DNA from: Pseudomonadota bacterium
Lineage (GTDB): Bacteria; Pseudomonadota; Alphaproteobacteria; Caulobacterales; Parvularculaceae
Length of the DNA stretch: 38,551 bases
NCBI GenBank assembly: GCA_039033795.1
Contig: JBCCBY010000001.1
Span: 1 to 38,551 of the forward strand
Direction of reading: 5' to 3'
Positions 37,553 to 38,551 of this stretch are shown in pieces (position 1 is the first letter of the stretch; every line of letters starts with the position of its first letter). The notes under the pieces are model-generated. The model had not been told where the DNA came from. It made no database searches and saw only the letters and a program-made list of their open reading frames with translations. A program made the translations under genes and the position numbers.

Positions 37553-38266
37553 ATGTCTGAGACGGAACGTCTTTATCGCGAACAGACCGGCGCGGTCGCC
37601 TATGATGAGGGCCTGCGCAAATACATGTTGGGCGTCTACAACTACATGGCGCTCGGCATCGCTGGCACAGCGGTTGTTGCGTTTTTCTTCCTAACCAACC
37701 AAGCGGCACTTCAGTTCGCCTTGGGCTTGCGGTTTATTCCGTTTATTGCCTTGATCGGGCTTGGCTTTTTCGCCCCGAAATTGATCATGAGCGGTAGCCG
37801 CGGCGTCGCTTATGGCGCCTATGCGGCGTATGTGGGGCTTTGGGGCCTGCTCATTGGGCCGATTGTGGCAACCTATGTCGGCATCGGGCTCGCAGGCATG
37901 GTCGCGCAGGCCTTCTTCATCACCGCCTCGCTGTTTATGGCGATGTCCCTTTATGGGTACACCACCAAGAAAGACCTCTCCGGTTGGGGCCGGTTCTTGT
38001 TCATGGCATCGGTCGGCTTGCTGATCGCGATTGTGGTCAACTTCGTCCTCGGCTCTGAGCTCATCAGCTTCTTGGTCTCGGCGGCTGTGGTGCTCGTGTT
38101 CTCAGCGATCACCGCCTATGAGACCCAGATGATCCGCAACCTCTACCAACAGGGTGCGGGTGAAGCGAACGAGCGGGCCGCGATTTTCGGCGCCTTTGCC
38201 CTCTACGGCACCTTCGTGACGCTGTTCATCCACGTGCTGAACCTTTTGAGCATCATGCGCGACTAA
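37553..38266 (+). CDS. Bax inhibitor-1/YccA family membrane protein
   Basis: YDEGLRKYMLGVYNYM, YGYTTKKDLS, TAYETQ.I, GA.ALY..F..LF; GAGGAG SD before ATG 37553. Confidence 0.95.
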   Translation: MSETERLYREQTGAVAYDEGLRKYMLGVYNYMALGIAGTAVVAFFFLTNQAALQFALGLRFIPFIALIGLGFFAPKLIMSGSRGVAYGAYAAYVGLWGLLIGPIVATYVGIGLAGMVAQAFFITASLFMAMSLYGYTTKKDLSGWGRFLFMASVGLLIAIVVNFVLGSELISFLVSAAVVLVFSAITAYETQMIRNLYQQGAGEANERAAIFGAFALYGTFVTLFIHVLNLLSIMRD

Positions 38267-38291
38267 ACACGCCCGGGGACCCCTGGAACAG

Positions 38292-38322
38292 AAGAGCCCC
38301 GGCCCAAGCGCCGGGGCTTTTT
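38292..38322 (+). terminator. rho-independent terminator after yccA-like gene
   Basis: Stem AGCCCCGGC / GCCGGGGCT with 6-nt loop, followed by a T run. Confidence 0.85.
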
Positions 38323-38418
38323 CTGTTTCGGAATCGGTGTATCTCGTGAAAAGTTGTAGCTCCTCCTCCGCCGGGCGATTGTCCGGTTTGGGCCAACCGT
38401 CCGGGAAAGGAGGTAACT

Positions 38419-38550
38419 ATGGCTAATAAGGTGAAAGTTGGCCGGGATGCAAAAACCGGGCAATTCATTACAGTAGCAGAGGCTCAACGACGACCTAATA
38501 CGACCGTCGTTGAGACAATTAAGCGACCCACTTCTTCTAAGAAAAAGTAG
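38419..38550 (+). CDS. 43-aa basic small protein (GRDAKTGQF...RRP.TTVVE type)
   Basis: AAAGGAGGT SD followed by AACT-ATG; MANKVKVGRDAKTGQFITVAEAQRRPNTTVVETIKRPTSSKKK*; below the ORF-track size cutoff. Confidence 0.85.
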   Translation: MANKVKVGRDAKTGQFITVAEAQRRPNTTVVETIKRPTSSKKK

Positions 38551-38551
38551 G

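Noticed and set aside
1-38551. CRISPR arrays, rRNA, IS elements, intact integrase or prophage genes
   Set aside because: No regularly spaced repeats, rRNA signatures, or transposase, integrase or phage motifs seen by eye.

Overview
GC-rich alphaproteobacterial chromosome segment; gene order and protein style suggest a Parvularcula/Caulobacterales-like organism (inference). It is mostly housekeeping: ccmF-ccmH-ydcF-plsC-DUF2125, hisC, gloB operon, pdeM, dcd, apaG, trpS, phoR-phoU-phoB, trkH, uppP, the rnd-lptCAB-rpoN-hpf-ptsN cluster, an ABC1 kinase, rsmB, a secreted Zn metalloprotease and yccA. Several neighbours usual in Alphaproteobacteria are absent from their expected positions (ftsEX, tyrC, lhr, pstSCAB, hsp20). 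An approximately 3.7 kb accessory islet (about 28829-32495) abuts the 3' end of tRNA-Arg(CCG). It has an IHF-consensus site, degenerate copies of the tRNA 3' end, an SDR, two convergent small genes each broken by one extra homopolymer base, a tandem winged-helix-like protein, and a ParE toxin with an unusual, apparently leaderless antitoxin. The ORF track misses a CTG-initiated degenerate DUF985 cupin, and a 43-aa basic protein at the window end whose Shine-Dalgarno is predicted to be sequestered in a long 5' hairpin. No complete novel system can be demonstrated from sequence alone; the terminal small-protein locus and the tRNA islet are the best leads.
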